A DNA stretch of 64,000 bases, from the NCBI GenBank assembly GCA_964590725.1, contig CAZPWF010000002.1:38846-102845 (forward strand), written 5' to 3'. This document shows, in pieces, positions 45,736 to 54,646 of the stretch (positions within the stretch are counted from its first letter, which is position 1; every line of letters starts with the position of its first letter). This DNA comes from an uncultured Candidatus Saccharibacteria bacterium. GTDB taxonomy: Bacteria; Patescibacteriota; Saccharimonadia; Saccharimonadales; JACQNP01. A program made the position numbers and the translations under genes. A model generated the notes under the pieces. The model was given only the letters and a program-made list of their open reading frames with translations, was not told the origin of the DNA and did not search any database.

Positions 45736-48700
45736 ATGGCAAAAAGTAGTACGACGCACGCCGCAAAACGAAAATATTTTACAGAAACAGATGACGTGAT
45801 TGATTTACCAAATCTCGTCAATCACCAAAACAAATCATTCCAATGGTTTGTAGAAGAAGGGCTCGGGGAGCTTTTATCAGAGATTAGTCCCATTGATGAT
45901 TACACGGGTACAAAATTAACACTACGTTTTAAAGATTACAGATTCGAGAAACCAAAATTAACTGAGGCAGAAGCCCGAGAAAACAATGTAAGTTATGACG
46001 CGCCGCTAAAGGCAGTAGTTGAGCTAACCAACAAAGTTACGGGTGAGGTTAAAGACCAAGAGATTTACCTTGGTGATTATCCTTGGATGACCGAACGAGG
46101 AACTTTTGTTATTAACGGTGCAGAACGTGTCGTTGTATCTCAATTAATAAGATCTGCCGGTGTTTTCTTTACTGGCGATCTTCATGGTTCGCGTCGATTA
46201 TATGGGGCAAAAGTTATCCCGGGTCGTGGTGCATGGCTAGAATTTGAAACGGCTGCATCTGGTGCGATATTCGTTAAAATTGACCGTAAGAGAAAAATTG
46301 CAGTTACAACATTGCTGCGTGCTCTAGGTGTGACTGATGCTCATATGAGAGATCTATTCAAGCATGTTGATACGGGTAAAGTAAGCTATTTGGACGCAAC
46401 TTTTGACAAAGACCCAACAAAAGGCGCAAACGAATCACTTATTGAAGTATATCGACGTCTTCGACCTGGCGATCTTGCTACTGTAGACAACGCTAGAAGC
46501 TTGCTTGAAAACATGTTCTACAACTTCAAAAGGTTTGATTTTAGTCGCGTTGGACGTTACAAGATAAACAAGAGGCTCAATCTTGATGTAGCTAACACTG
46601 CCGAGAATCGCGTAATGCGACTCGAAGACCTCGTTGCTATCATTGCTGAAATTATTCGATTAAATAATACTCAAGAACCTGCCGACGACATAGACTCTCT
46701 TGCTAATCGTCGAGTGAAACTAGTTGGTGAACTTGTTCAACGTCAGTTCCGAATTGGTCTACTCCGTATGGAACGCAATACAAAAGATCGAATGAGTATG
46801 AGCGAGATTGAGACGGTTACGCCTGCTCAGCTTATTAATGCTCGCCCAATTGTTGCTGCAGTTCGTGAGTTTTTTGCTAGTTCACAGCTTTCACAATTTA
46901 TGGATCAAATCAACCCACTCAGTGAACTTGCTCACAAGCGCCGCTTAAGTTCTATGGGTCCTGGTGGATTAAGTCGAGAACGTGCCGGCTTTGAAGTCCG
47001 TGATGCACACGCTACGCATTACGGTAGGATCTGTGCCGTAGAGACTCCAGAAGGCGCCAACATTGGCTTGGTATTGAACCTAGCGAGTTACGCACGCATA
47101 AATGATTACGGTTTTATTGAGACTCCATATCGGCGCGTTATTAACGCAGTTACTGCAAAAGAAGCTGCTGGTTATACGGCTTTAGTCGATCTAGAAGACG
47201 AAAAAGGAAAAGCTATTGTAAAAGCTGGCGCCAAAATTACTGCTGAGTCAGCAAAAAAATTGGCTGCAGTAAAATCGCAGATAACCTGGCCAGTCAAAGC
47301 TGTTGTTACGAACGAAGTCACTTATCTTGATGCTGCCGCAGAAGAATCTGCGGTTATAGCCAGTGCCGCTGAAGCATACGACGAAAACGGACATTTCATC
47401 CGCGACCGTGTCTCTGCTCGTAGCCACCTTAAGTCAGGTGAAGTTGATGCTGACGAGGTAACACACATGGATGCTTCACGTAAGCAGATTATTGGATCTA
47501 GCGCTGGACTTATACCATTCATTGAAAAGAACTATGTGTATCGCTCATTGATGGGAAGCAACCAGCAACGCCAAGCAGTTCCGCTTATAAAGCCAGATTC
47601 TCCTATTGTAGGAACCGGGCTAGAAGAAGTCACTGCTCGTAACAGTGGTCAGTTAATTGTTGCCGAAGCTGATGGTGAAGTTATTAAGGCTACAGGTTCA
47701 GAAGTTGTCGTGAAGTACAAAGAAGGTAATGTTACATATCAACCTCAGCACTTTGTTCGTAGCAACGAGGGTAGCTCAATCAACCAAAAAGTAGCTGTTA
47801 GCACTGGAGATAAGCTCAAAACTGGCGATCCAATCATCGAAGGTATGTCTATCGCAGGCGGTGAGCTTGCTCTTGGCAAGGATTTGCTTGTCGCATTTAT
47901 GCCTTGGTCTGGCTACAACTTTGAAGATGCAATTATTGTTTCTCGAAAACTTGTAGAAGATGACACACTTACATCCGTTCATATTGTTGATTTCATGGTT
48001 GAAGTTCGTGAAACCAAACTAGGTCCTGAAATTGTTACTCGTGATATTCCAAACGTTGCAGAAGACGCTTTACGGCATCTTGACGATGATGGCATCGTGC
48101 GAATTGGTGCCGAAGTTCATCCTGGAGATATCCTTATTGGAAAAATTACGCCTAAGGGTGAGCAGGAATTAAGTAGTGAAGAGCGCTTGCTTCGTGCAAT
48201 CTTTGGCGAAAAAGCCAAAGAAGTGCGTGATACCTCACAACGCATGCCAAACGGCAAACACGGTAAAGTTGTTGGCGTTAAGGTCTTTTCTCGAGCTAAT
48301 GGGCACGAGCTAAAAGCTGGTGTCATAATGCAGATTCAAGTTTATGTTGCCCAAATGCGTAAGATCGCAGTTGGTGATAAGCTTGGTGGCCGTCATGGTA
48401 ACAAGGGTGTAATCGCTCGAGTACTACCTGTAGAGGATATGCCATTTACAGAAGACGGAACGCCGCTCGATATCATTCTTAACCCTCTCGGTGTGCCGAG
48501 TCGTATGAACATCGGTCAATTGTTTGAAACTCACTTAGGTATGGCTGCGCGAGCGCTTGGTATGAAAGTAGCAAGTCCATCGTTTAACGGCGTGCCTACT
48601 GAAAAGATTGAGGAATTGCTAGTAGAGGCTGGACTGCCAAAAGATGGTAAGCAGCAACTATTTGACGGTCGAACAGGTGAAGCCTTCACTGAACGAACTA

Positions 48701-49290
48701 CCGTCGGTAGTATGTACATGATTAAGCTAAATCACATGATTGCCGATAAGATTCACGCACGTTCGACAGGACCATACACAATGGTTACTCAGCAACCACT
48801 TGGTGGAAAGGCTCAAAATGGCGGTCAGCGATTTGGCGAAATGGAAGTGTGGGCACTTGAAGCATATGGTGCCAGCAACATTTTGCAAGAAATGCTTACC
48901 ATTAAGTCAGATGACGTTTATGGACGATCAAAAGCTTACGAATCTATCATTAAGCAAACAGAAATTGTTGGGCCAAAAGTTCCAGAGAGCTTCAATGTTC
49001 TCGTTAAAGAGCTTCAAGGTCTTGGGCTTAAGGTTGACCTAGTGCGAAGTAACGATGTAATCGATGCAGAAGAAGTTTTAGCCGAGAATATTAAAGATGA
49101 GGCGGCGCATCTATCTGATGTTGAAGTCCCAGCTCCGGTTATCTCTGATGTTGACGTCACAGAGGATGCCGCCCTAGCAGAATTCGACGTAATTGGTTTA
49201 GATGAGTCTGTGGCTGCAACTGTTACAGAAATTGAAGATACAGAAGATATTTTGGTAAACGTTGAAGAAGATGAAAAGGAGACTGCATAA
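45736..49290 (+). CDS. rpoB: DNA-directed RNA polymerase subunit beta, with an 81-aa acidic C-terminal tail
   Basis: Universal beta blocks are present (GTFVINGAERVVVSQL, NPLSELAHKRRLS, GDKLGGRHGNKGV, NGGQRFGEMEVWALEAYGA). I chose the start at MAKSSTT (45736), which has GGGAG upstream; the track start at 45610 is an upstream in-frame artefact. Confidence 0.95.
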   Translation: MAKSSTTHAAKRKYFTETDDVIDLPNLVNHQNKSFQWFVEEGLGELLSEISPIDDYTGTKLTLRFKDYRFEKPKLTEAEARENNVSYDAPLKAVVELTNKVTGEVKDQEIYLGDYPWMTERGTFVINGAERVVVSQLIRSAGVFFTGDLHGSRRLYGAKVIPGRGAWLEFETAASGAIFVKIDRKRKIAVTTLLRALGVTDAHMRDLFKHVDTGKVSYLDATFDKDPTKGANESLIEVYRRLRPGDLATVDNARSLLENMFYNFKRFDFSRVGRYKINKRLNLDVANTAENRVMRLEDLVAIIAEIIRLNNTQEPADDIDSLANRRVKLVGELVQRQFRIGLLRMERNTKDRMSMSEIETVTPAQLINARPIVAAVREFFASSQLSQFMDQINPLSELAHKRRLSSMGPGGLSRERAGFEVRDAHATHYGRICAVETPEGANIGLVLNLASYARINDYGFIETPYRRVINAVTAKEAAGYTALVDLEDEKGKAIVKAGAKITAESAKKLAAVKSQITWPVKAVVTNEVTYLDAAAEESAVIASAAEAYDENGHFIRDRVSARSHLKSGEVDADEVTHMDASRKQIIGSSAGLIPFIEKNYVYRSLMGSNQQRQAVPLIKPDSPIVGTGLEEVTARNSGQLIVAEADGEVIKATGSEVVVKYKEGNVTYQPQHFVRSNEGSSINQKVAVSTGDKLKTGDPIIEGMSIAGGELALGKDLLVAFMPWSGYNFEDAIIVSRKLVEDDTLTSVHIVDFMVEVRETKLGPEIVTRDIPNVAEDALRHLDDDGIVRIGAEVHPGDILIGKITPKGEQELSSEERLLRAIFGEKAKEVRDTSQRMPNGKHGKVVGVKVFSRANGHELKAGVIMQIQVYVAQMRKIAVGDKLGGRHGNKGVIARVLPVEDMPFTEDGTPLDIILNPLGVPSRMNIGQLFETHLGMAARALGMKVASPSFNGVPTEKIEELLVEAGLPKDGKQQLFDGRTGEAFTERTTVGSMYMIKLNHMIADKIHARSTGPYTMVTQQPLGGKAQNGGQRFGEMEVWALEAYGASNILQEMLTIKSDDVYGRSKAYESIIKQTEIVGPKVPESFNVLVKELQGLGLKVDLVRSNDVIDAEEVLAENIKDEAAHLSDVEVPAPVISDVDVTEDAALAEFDVIGLDESVAATVTEIEDTEDILVNVEEDEKETA

Positions 49291-52200
49291 ATGAGAAGGC
49301 ATTCACAAGGAACTACTATTGCAGATTTCGATGCGGTTAGATTGGCTGTAGCAAGCGCTGATGACATCCTTGATTGGAGTCATGGTGAAATTACAAAACC
49401 AGAAACTATAAACTACCGAACCCAGAAGCCAGAAAGAGATGGTCTTTTCTGTGAGCGAATTTTTGGTCCAGTAAAGGATATTAATCCTCATGATGCAAAA
49501 TATAAAGGCGTTAGATCTAGAGAAGCTGCTGTTGATAAAAATGGCGAAATAGTAACCAAGTCTATTGTTCGACGTGAACGAATGGGTCACATTACTTTAG
49601 CGTCTCCAGTTGCTCACATTTGGTTTCTTCGTGGCACACCATCTGCAGTTGGTTTGCTCCTTGGCTTAACTGTCAAGAACCTAGAACGCGTTGCTTACTT
49701 TGCTAGTTACATAATAAAAAATGTTGACGAAGAAAAGCGCAATCAAATCCAGCTAGATAAAGAAGCAGAATTTAATGCCGCTCAAGAGGCAATTAAGCTT
49801 CGCTACGAAGCAGAAGCTAAAAAAGAAGACTCTAACGTCAAGGCTCTTGCAGAGATGCAGACCAAAGAACTTGAGGAATTGTCAGTAGAATACGAAGAAG
49901 TAAAAACACAGTTGAATAGCCTAGTAAAGTTACAGCTAATTTCAGAAACTGACTATCGTTCTTTGCCAGATGATTTGCGTGGACTCGTTGAGGTTGGTAT
50001 GGGTGGAGCTTCACTCAAGGCGCTATTAGACGAAATTGATCTTGAAGTACTAATTGCAAAACTAACTGAAGAAGCAGAAGAAGCTAAAGGTCAGCGTAAA
50101 AAGAAGCTCATGAAGCGACTTCGACTTCTTGAGAGCATGCATCGTGCCGGCATTAAACCTGGAAGTATGTGCGTAAGTGTCTTGCCGGTTATTCCTCCAG
50201 ACCTTCGCCCAATGGTGCAGCTTACTGGTGGGCGATTTGCTACTAGTGACCTTAACGATTTATATCGCCGAGTCATTAACCGAAATAATCGACTTAAGAA
50301 ACTAATTGAACTAAATGCTCCTGAAGTTATTCGCCGAAACGAACAACGAATGCTCCAAGAAGCGGTCGATGCACTTATCGACAACAACAATGCTCGTTCT
50401 GGTCGTGCAGTTGCTGCTACAGGTCAACGACGACGATTGAAGAGCTTAAGTGACATGCTCAAAGGTAAGCAAGGACGATTTCGTCAAAACTTACTAGGTA
50501 AGCGTGTTGATTATTCTGGTCGTTCAGTTATTGTTGCCGGACCAGAACTAAAGATCTTCCAGTGTGGTCTTCCAAAGATGATGGCTCTTGAACTATTCAA
50601 GCCATTTGTTATTGGATATCTCATTGCGAATGAATATGCTCACAACATTCGTTCTGCTACCAGAATGATTGAGACAGGTGAGACTGCTGTATGGGACGCA
50701 CTTGATGAAGCAATTCGAGAGCGATACGTGCTGCTTAACCGTGCTCCAAGTTTGCACCGTTTGAGTATTCAAGCGTTTCACCCTGTGCTTATTGAAGGCA
50801 AGGCGATCCAGCTACATCCATTAGTTTGTAAAGGATTTAATGCTGACTTTGATGGTGACCAGATGGCGGTTCATTTACCACTATCAGATGCGGCACAAAA
50901 GGAAGCACGCGAAATTTTGTCAAGCAACAAGAACTTGCTCAAGCCTGCCGACGGTTCGCCGATCTTACACATTGAGCAAGATATTGTTCTAGGTTGTTAC
51001 TATCTTACATATGACCGACCAGGTACAGATACGCAAAAAACCAAAGTGTTTTCAAGTATTGACGAAGCATTCATGGCTCTTGATGCTGGTAGCGCTACCT
51101 TGCAGACTGTTGTGAGAGCTCCATTTAGAGGTGAAATACGTACTACAACTGTTGGAAGATTGATTTTTAACGAAATATTTCCTGATGATTTCCCATTCCA
51201 GGATGAAGCGATGACCAAGAAGAAGCTTTCAAGTGTATTGTCGTTGGCCTACCAAAAATACGGACAGGACAAGACAGCCGAGCTCGCTGATGAACTTAAA
51301 GATATTGGCTTTAAGTATGCGACAGTATCGGGCCTATCTATGGGTATGACTGATTTTAGTGAGATCAATGGCTTAGATAAGATTCTTAACGAAGGCGAGA
51401 ATAAAGCAGCCGAAATAAGTGAGCAATACGATCAAGGTTTTATAACCGACGAAGAACGTTACCGATTAACTGTCGATACTTGGATGAATACTGACGCTGA
51501 AGTTCAGGATCGCTTGTCGAAGCAGTTTGCTGTTGAAGATAGCTCGATGTCGATTGCTGTTATGTCTGGTGCTCGTGGTAACATTGGCCAGGTTAAAACC
51601 GCAGTTGGTATGCTTGGTGTTACTACCGACGCCACAGGTCGCGCTATTGAGCTTCCAATTCGTTCAAACTATAAGGGTGGTCTCAATCCGCTTGAATACT
51701 TCACTGCAACACGTGGAGCACGTAAGGGTATGATTGACACAGCACTTAAGACAGCTGATTCAGGCTACCTAACGCGTCGTCTTGTTGATGTAAGCCAAGA
51801 CGTATTTACTATTGATGAAGATTGTATTGACCCGGGCTTCCCAGTCCATCGTTCAGATTCAGAAGAGATTGGTGTCTCTTATGCATCAAGACTTGTCGGT
51901 CGATTTGCAGCAGATAAAGTTGGTTCTCATGTAAAAGCAGGAGAGCTTATCAATTTGGCTGTCGCCGAAGCTATAGATGCTGATGCGGCTATCGATGGCG
52001 TTCGTATAATGAGCGCTTTAAGCTGTACGAATGAGCGTGGCGTTTCACGTAAATCTTACGGTGTTGATCCGGCTACTGGTGAAGTTGTTGCACCGCATCA
52101 CCCAATTGGAGTTATTGCTGCCCAAAGTATCGGTGAGCCGGGTACACAGTTGACGCTTCGAACATTCCATGGCGGTGGTTCCGCTGCGGCAGACGATATT

Positions 52201-53127
52201 ACTCAAGGTCTGCCACGTGTTGAAGAACTCTTTGAAGTTAGAACTCCGAAAGGTCAAGCATTCTTGTCAGATATAGATGGAGTTGTTGCTGCATGGGAAG
52301 AGGGCGATCACTATGTAGTGCAAGTAAGTGCTGACGATAAAGAAAAAGTTAAATACGAGATTAATGGCCGTATCGTTCAGGTGGCCCATGGAACAGAAGT
52401 CGTGATCGGTGATGTATTAGCAGCCGCAGAAGACGATCGAGAACCGTTAATAGCTACAATTGCAGGCAAAGTAGAAGTCAATAAAAAGTCAGTTTCTGTA
52501 GTGCCTACCGGTAAGAGTGTAGTACGTTACGAAATACCTGGATTCAAGCAATTGACCGTTAAAGACGGCGATCTTGTTGAAGCTGGGCAACGACTTACTA
52601 ACGGTTCTATCAATTTGCACGAGCTAATGCGCTTGAAGGGTGTTGAATCAACACAGCGCTATATCATGAACGAAATTCTTCGTATCTTTGCGTCACAAGG
52701 TCAAAATATAGCTGACAAGCACTTAGAAATCATAGTTCGACAGATGTTCAGCCGTGTCCAAATTGAAGATGCAGGTGATACAGAATTCGTAACTGGAGAT
52801 ATAGTCAGTAAGCTTGCTGTAGTTGAAGCGAACGAACAACTTGCTACAGAAGGAAAAACTGTTGCTAAGTTCACTCAACTACTACTTGGTATTACCAAAG
52901 CAAGTCTTTCAACCGATTCGTTCCTAAGTGCTGCTAGTTTCCAAGACACAACTCGAGTACTTATTGCTGCTGCGACCAGCGGTAAAGTTGACAAGCTATA
53001 TGGTCTAAAGGAAAACGTTATCCTTGGAAGACGTATTCCAGTTGGAACTGGCTATAATGCTAGTCATAACATTCCCGAAGATGTCGATGAGGTAGCTGTA
53101 ATAGAAGATGCCGTTGCAGCCGAGTAG
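49291..53127 (+). CDS. rpoC: DNA-directed RNA polymerase subunit beta-prime (cysteines of both zinc sites substituted)
   Basis: The catalytic motif [12 protein letters not shown], the bridge helix and the trigger-loop region ([21 protein letters not shown]) are present. The ATG directly abuts the rpoB TAA. Confidence 0.95.
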   Translation: [1278 protein letters not shown]

Positions 53128-53239
53128 TACTTGCTATTTAGTTAACAAACTGTTAAAGTTAAATTTGTAAAAATAAGTAATCTGAGCCTGGTTTATGGCA
53201 TGAGCCCGATGCAGTAGATTACAGTTCTAAGGAGAACAA

Positions 53240-53653
53240 ATGCCAACAATAAATCAATTGGTGCGTAAACCACGCGTCAAGGTGACTACTAAAAGTAAGT
53301 CGCCAGCTATGCAGCGCGTAGTAAATAACTTGAAAACTAAAAACTATGAAAAATCAGCACCATTTAAGCGTGGTGTATGTGTCAAGGTGACAACCAAGAC
53401 TCCAAAAAAGCCAAACTCCGCACTTCGTAAGGTTGCGCGTGTACGTCTAAGTAATGGCTACGAAGTCTGGGCATACATCGGTGGCGAAGGTCACAACCTT
53501 CAAGAACATGCTGTAGTGTTAGTTCGCGGTGGCCGAGTAAAGGATCTTCCTGGTGTGCGTTATCACATCGTACGCGGAACTTTGGATCTTCAAGGTGTTC
53601 AGAATCGCAAAAGAGGTCGTTCTAAGTACGGCGCCAAGAAAGACAGTAAATAA
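53240..53653 (+). CDS. rpsL: Ribosomal protein uS12
   Basis: [22 protein letters not shown] and [25 protein letters not shown] upstream. Confidence 0.95.
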   Translation: MPTINQLVRKPRVKVTTKSKSPAMQRVVNNLKTKNYEKSAPFKRGVCVKVTTKTPKKPNSALRKVARVRLSNGYEVWAYIGGEGHNLQEHAVVLVRGGRVKDLPGVRYHIVRGTLDLQGVQNRKRGRSKYGAKKDSK

Positions 53654-53655
53654 TT

Positions 53656-53865
53656 ATGAGTATTGAATCAAGCGTTACAGAAGCAACACTTTGCGAAGCG
53701 GTTGTTTGTGATAAGTTCAACAATTGGGAGAATCTAACAAAAAAATCTCTCGGCACAACTTCGGGCACCGCTCCTGGCGCAGCTGAGCAAATTGCTACAT
53801 GTAATGCAGTAAGTGGATGTATTTTCGAGCAGATCGTAGAAATTAGAGGAGTTGAAAATGCCTAG
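53656..53865 (+). CDS. Unannotated 69-aa acidic, four-Cys ORF filling the rpsL-rpsG spacer (coding status to be tested)
   Basis: The ATG is 2 nt after the rpsL TAA and the stop lies 8 nt inside rpsG. By hand count, 28 of 69 codons start with G, which is coding-like periodicity. No SD. Confidence 0.4.
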   Translation: MSIESSVTEATLCEAVVCDKFNNWENLTKKSLGTTSGTAPGAAEQIATCNAVSGCIFEQIVEIRGVENA

Positions 53866-54334
53866 GAAAGTTACCAAATCATTAGTACGAGAAGTCCAAC
53901 CCGATCGGCTATACAATAGTATTCAAGTTCAAAAAATGATTAATCGTGTTATGCAGCATGGTAAAAAACAAGTTGCAGAGCGATTGGTTTATGGCGGTAT
54001 GCAAAAAGCAGCCGACAAGCTTAAAGTTCAGAATCCACTGGATGTATTTGAACAAGCATTTGCAAATGTTAAGCCTGCTGTAGAGACTCGTTCACGTCGT
54101 GTCGGAGGCGCTAATTACCAGATTCCTTTTGAGGTTCGTGGCCAACGTCAACAGCACCTTACTACCATGTGGTTTGTCGCTGCGGCTCGTTCACGTAAAG
54201 GCATGAGTATGGAAGACAGATTAGCTTTAGAGCTAGTTGATGCCTATAACAACACTGGCTCTGCTGTAAAGAAAAAAGAAGACACTCACAAGATGGCTGA
54301 AGCTAACCGAGCCTTTGCTCACTTCGCGAGATAG
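53858..54334 (+). CDS. rpsG: Ribosomal protein uS7
   Basis: MPRKV..., VMQHGKKQVAERLVY, and ETRSRRVGGANYQIP. GAGGAG SD upstream. I chose the ATG at 53858 rather than the TTG at 53852. Confidence 0.95.
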   Translation: MPRKVTKSLVREVQPDRLYNSIQVQKMINRVMQHGKKQVAERLVYGGMQKAADKLKVQNPLDVFEQAFANVKPAVETRSRRVGGANYQIPFEVRGQRQQHLTTMWFVAAARSRKGMSMEDRLALELVDAYNNTGSAVKKKEDTHKMAEANRAFAHFAR

Positions 54335-54337
54335 ATC

Positions 54338-54646
54338 ATGGAGCACGCTGCTACTATTTGCCAGAGAAAGTGCTCAGTAGTTTTAGGTCCAGTTAGGGAT
54401 ATCACGGAGCTTCTTGTAGATGGCAAAGATAGCGGAGCAGTTGTTACGACCGACGGACTTAGCGTCACCTCGCAGCCACTCATAGATCGAGGGGACGGTT
54501 CGGAAGGTAACCTAGCATATCTAGATGCTATTCTAAACTGCACAGGACCCGAAGGTCGCAAATTATTTGGGCGACTTCCATGTCAAGCATATGTAAGCGA
54601 GCAGAGTTTGAGCGAAAATATAGTAACTATTAACAGAGGTCAATAA
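54338..54646 (+). CDS. Unannotated 102-aa ORF exactly filling the rpsG-fusA spacer (coding status to be tested)
   Basis: The ATG is 3 nt after the rpsG TAG, and the TAA overlaps the fusA ATG (TAATG). By hand count, G occurs at codon positions 1, 2 and 3 in 39, 26 and 16 of 102 codons. Confidence 0.4.
   Translation: MEHAATICQRKCSVVLGPVRDITELLVDGKDSGAVVTTDGLSVTSQPLIDRGDGSEGNLAYLDAILNCTGPEGRKLFGRLPCQAYVSEQSLSENIVTINRGQ

Noticed and set aside
49303-53127. Numerous 60-117-aa antisense or off-frame ORFs inside rpoB, rpoC, clpC, nusA, tuf, fusA, dnaE, recG, the malic enzyme gene and others. Examples are 49014..49367(-), 26792..27268(-), 57661..58086(-) and 16708..17046(+).
   Set aside because: They lie entirely within strongly supported conserved genes. 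They have low-complexity, Ser/Ala/Thr/Arg-rich translations and no start signals. They are typical shadow ORFs.
54513-54560. Possible RNase P RNA in the rpsG-fusA spacer. The stretch CTAGATGCTATTCTAAACTGCACAGGACCCGAAGG loosely resembles the 3' part of bacterial RNase P RNA (CUAGAUGAAUGACUGUCCACGACAGAACCCGGCUUA), and AGAGAAAGTGCTC at 54363-54375 loosely resembles GAGGAAAGUCCGGGCUC.
   Set aside because: The two candidate P4 strands are not complementary to each other. The CTAGATG and GACCCGAAGGTC segments are consumed by local hairpins, and the region is too short. It also shows clear three-base G periodicity in the ORF frame. I likewise could not fit tmRNA, SRP RNA or 6S RNA features on either strand.
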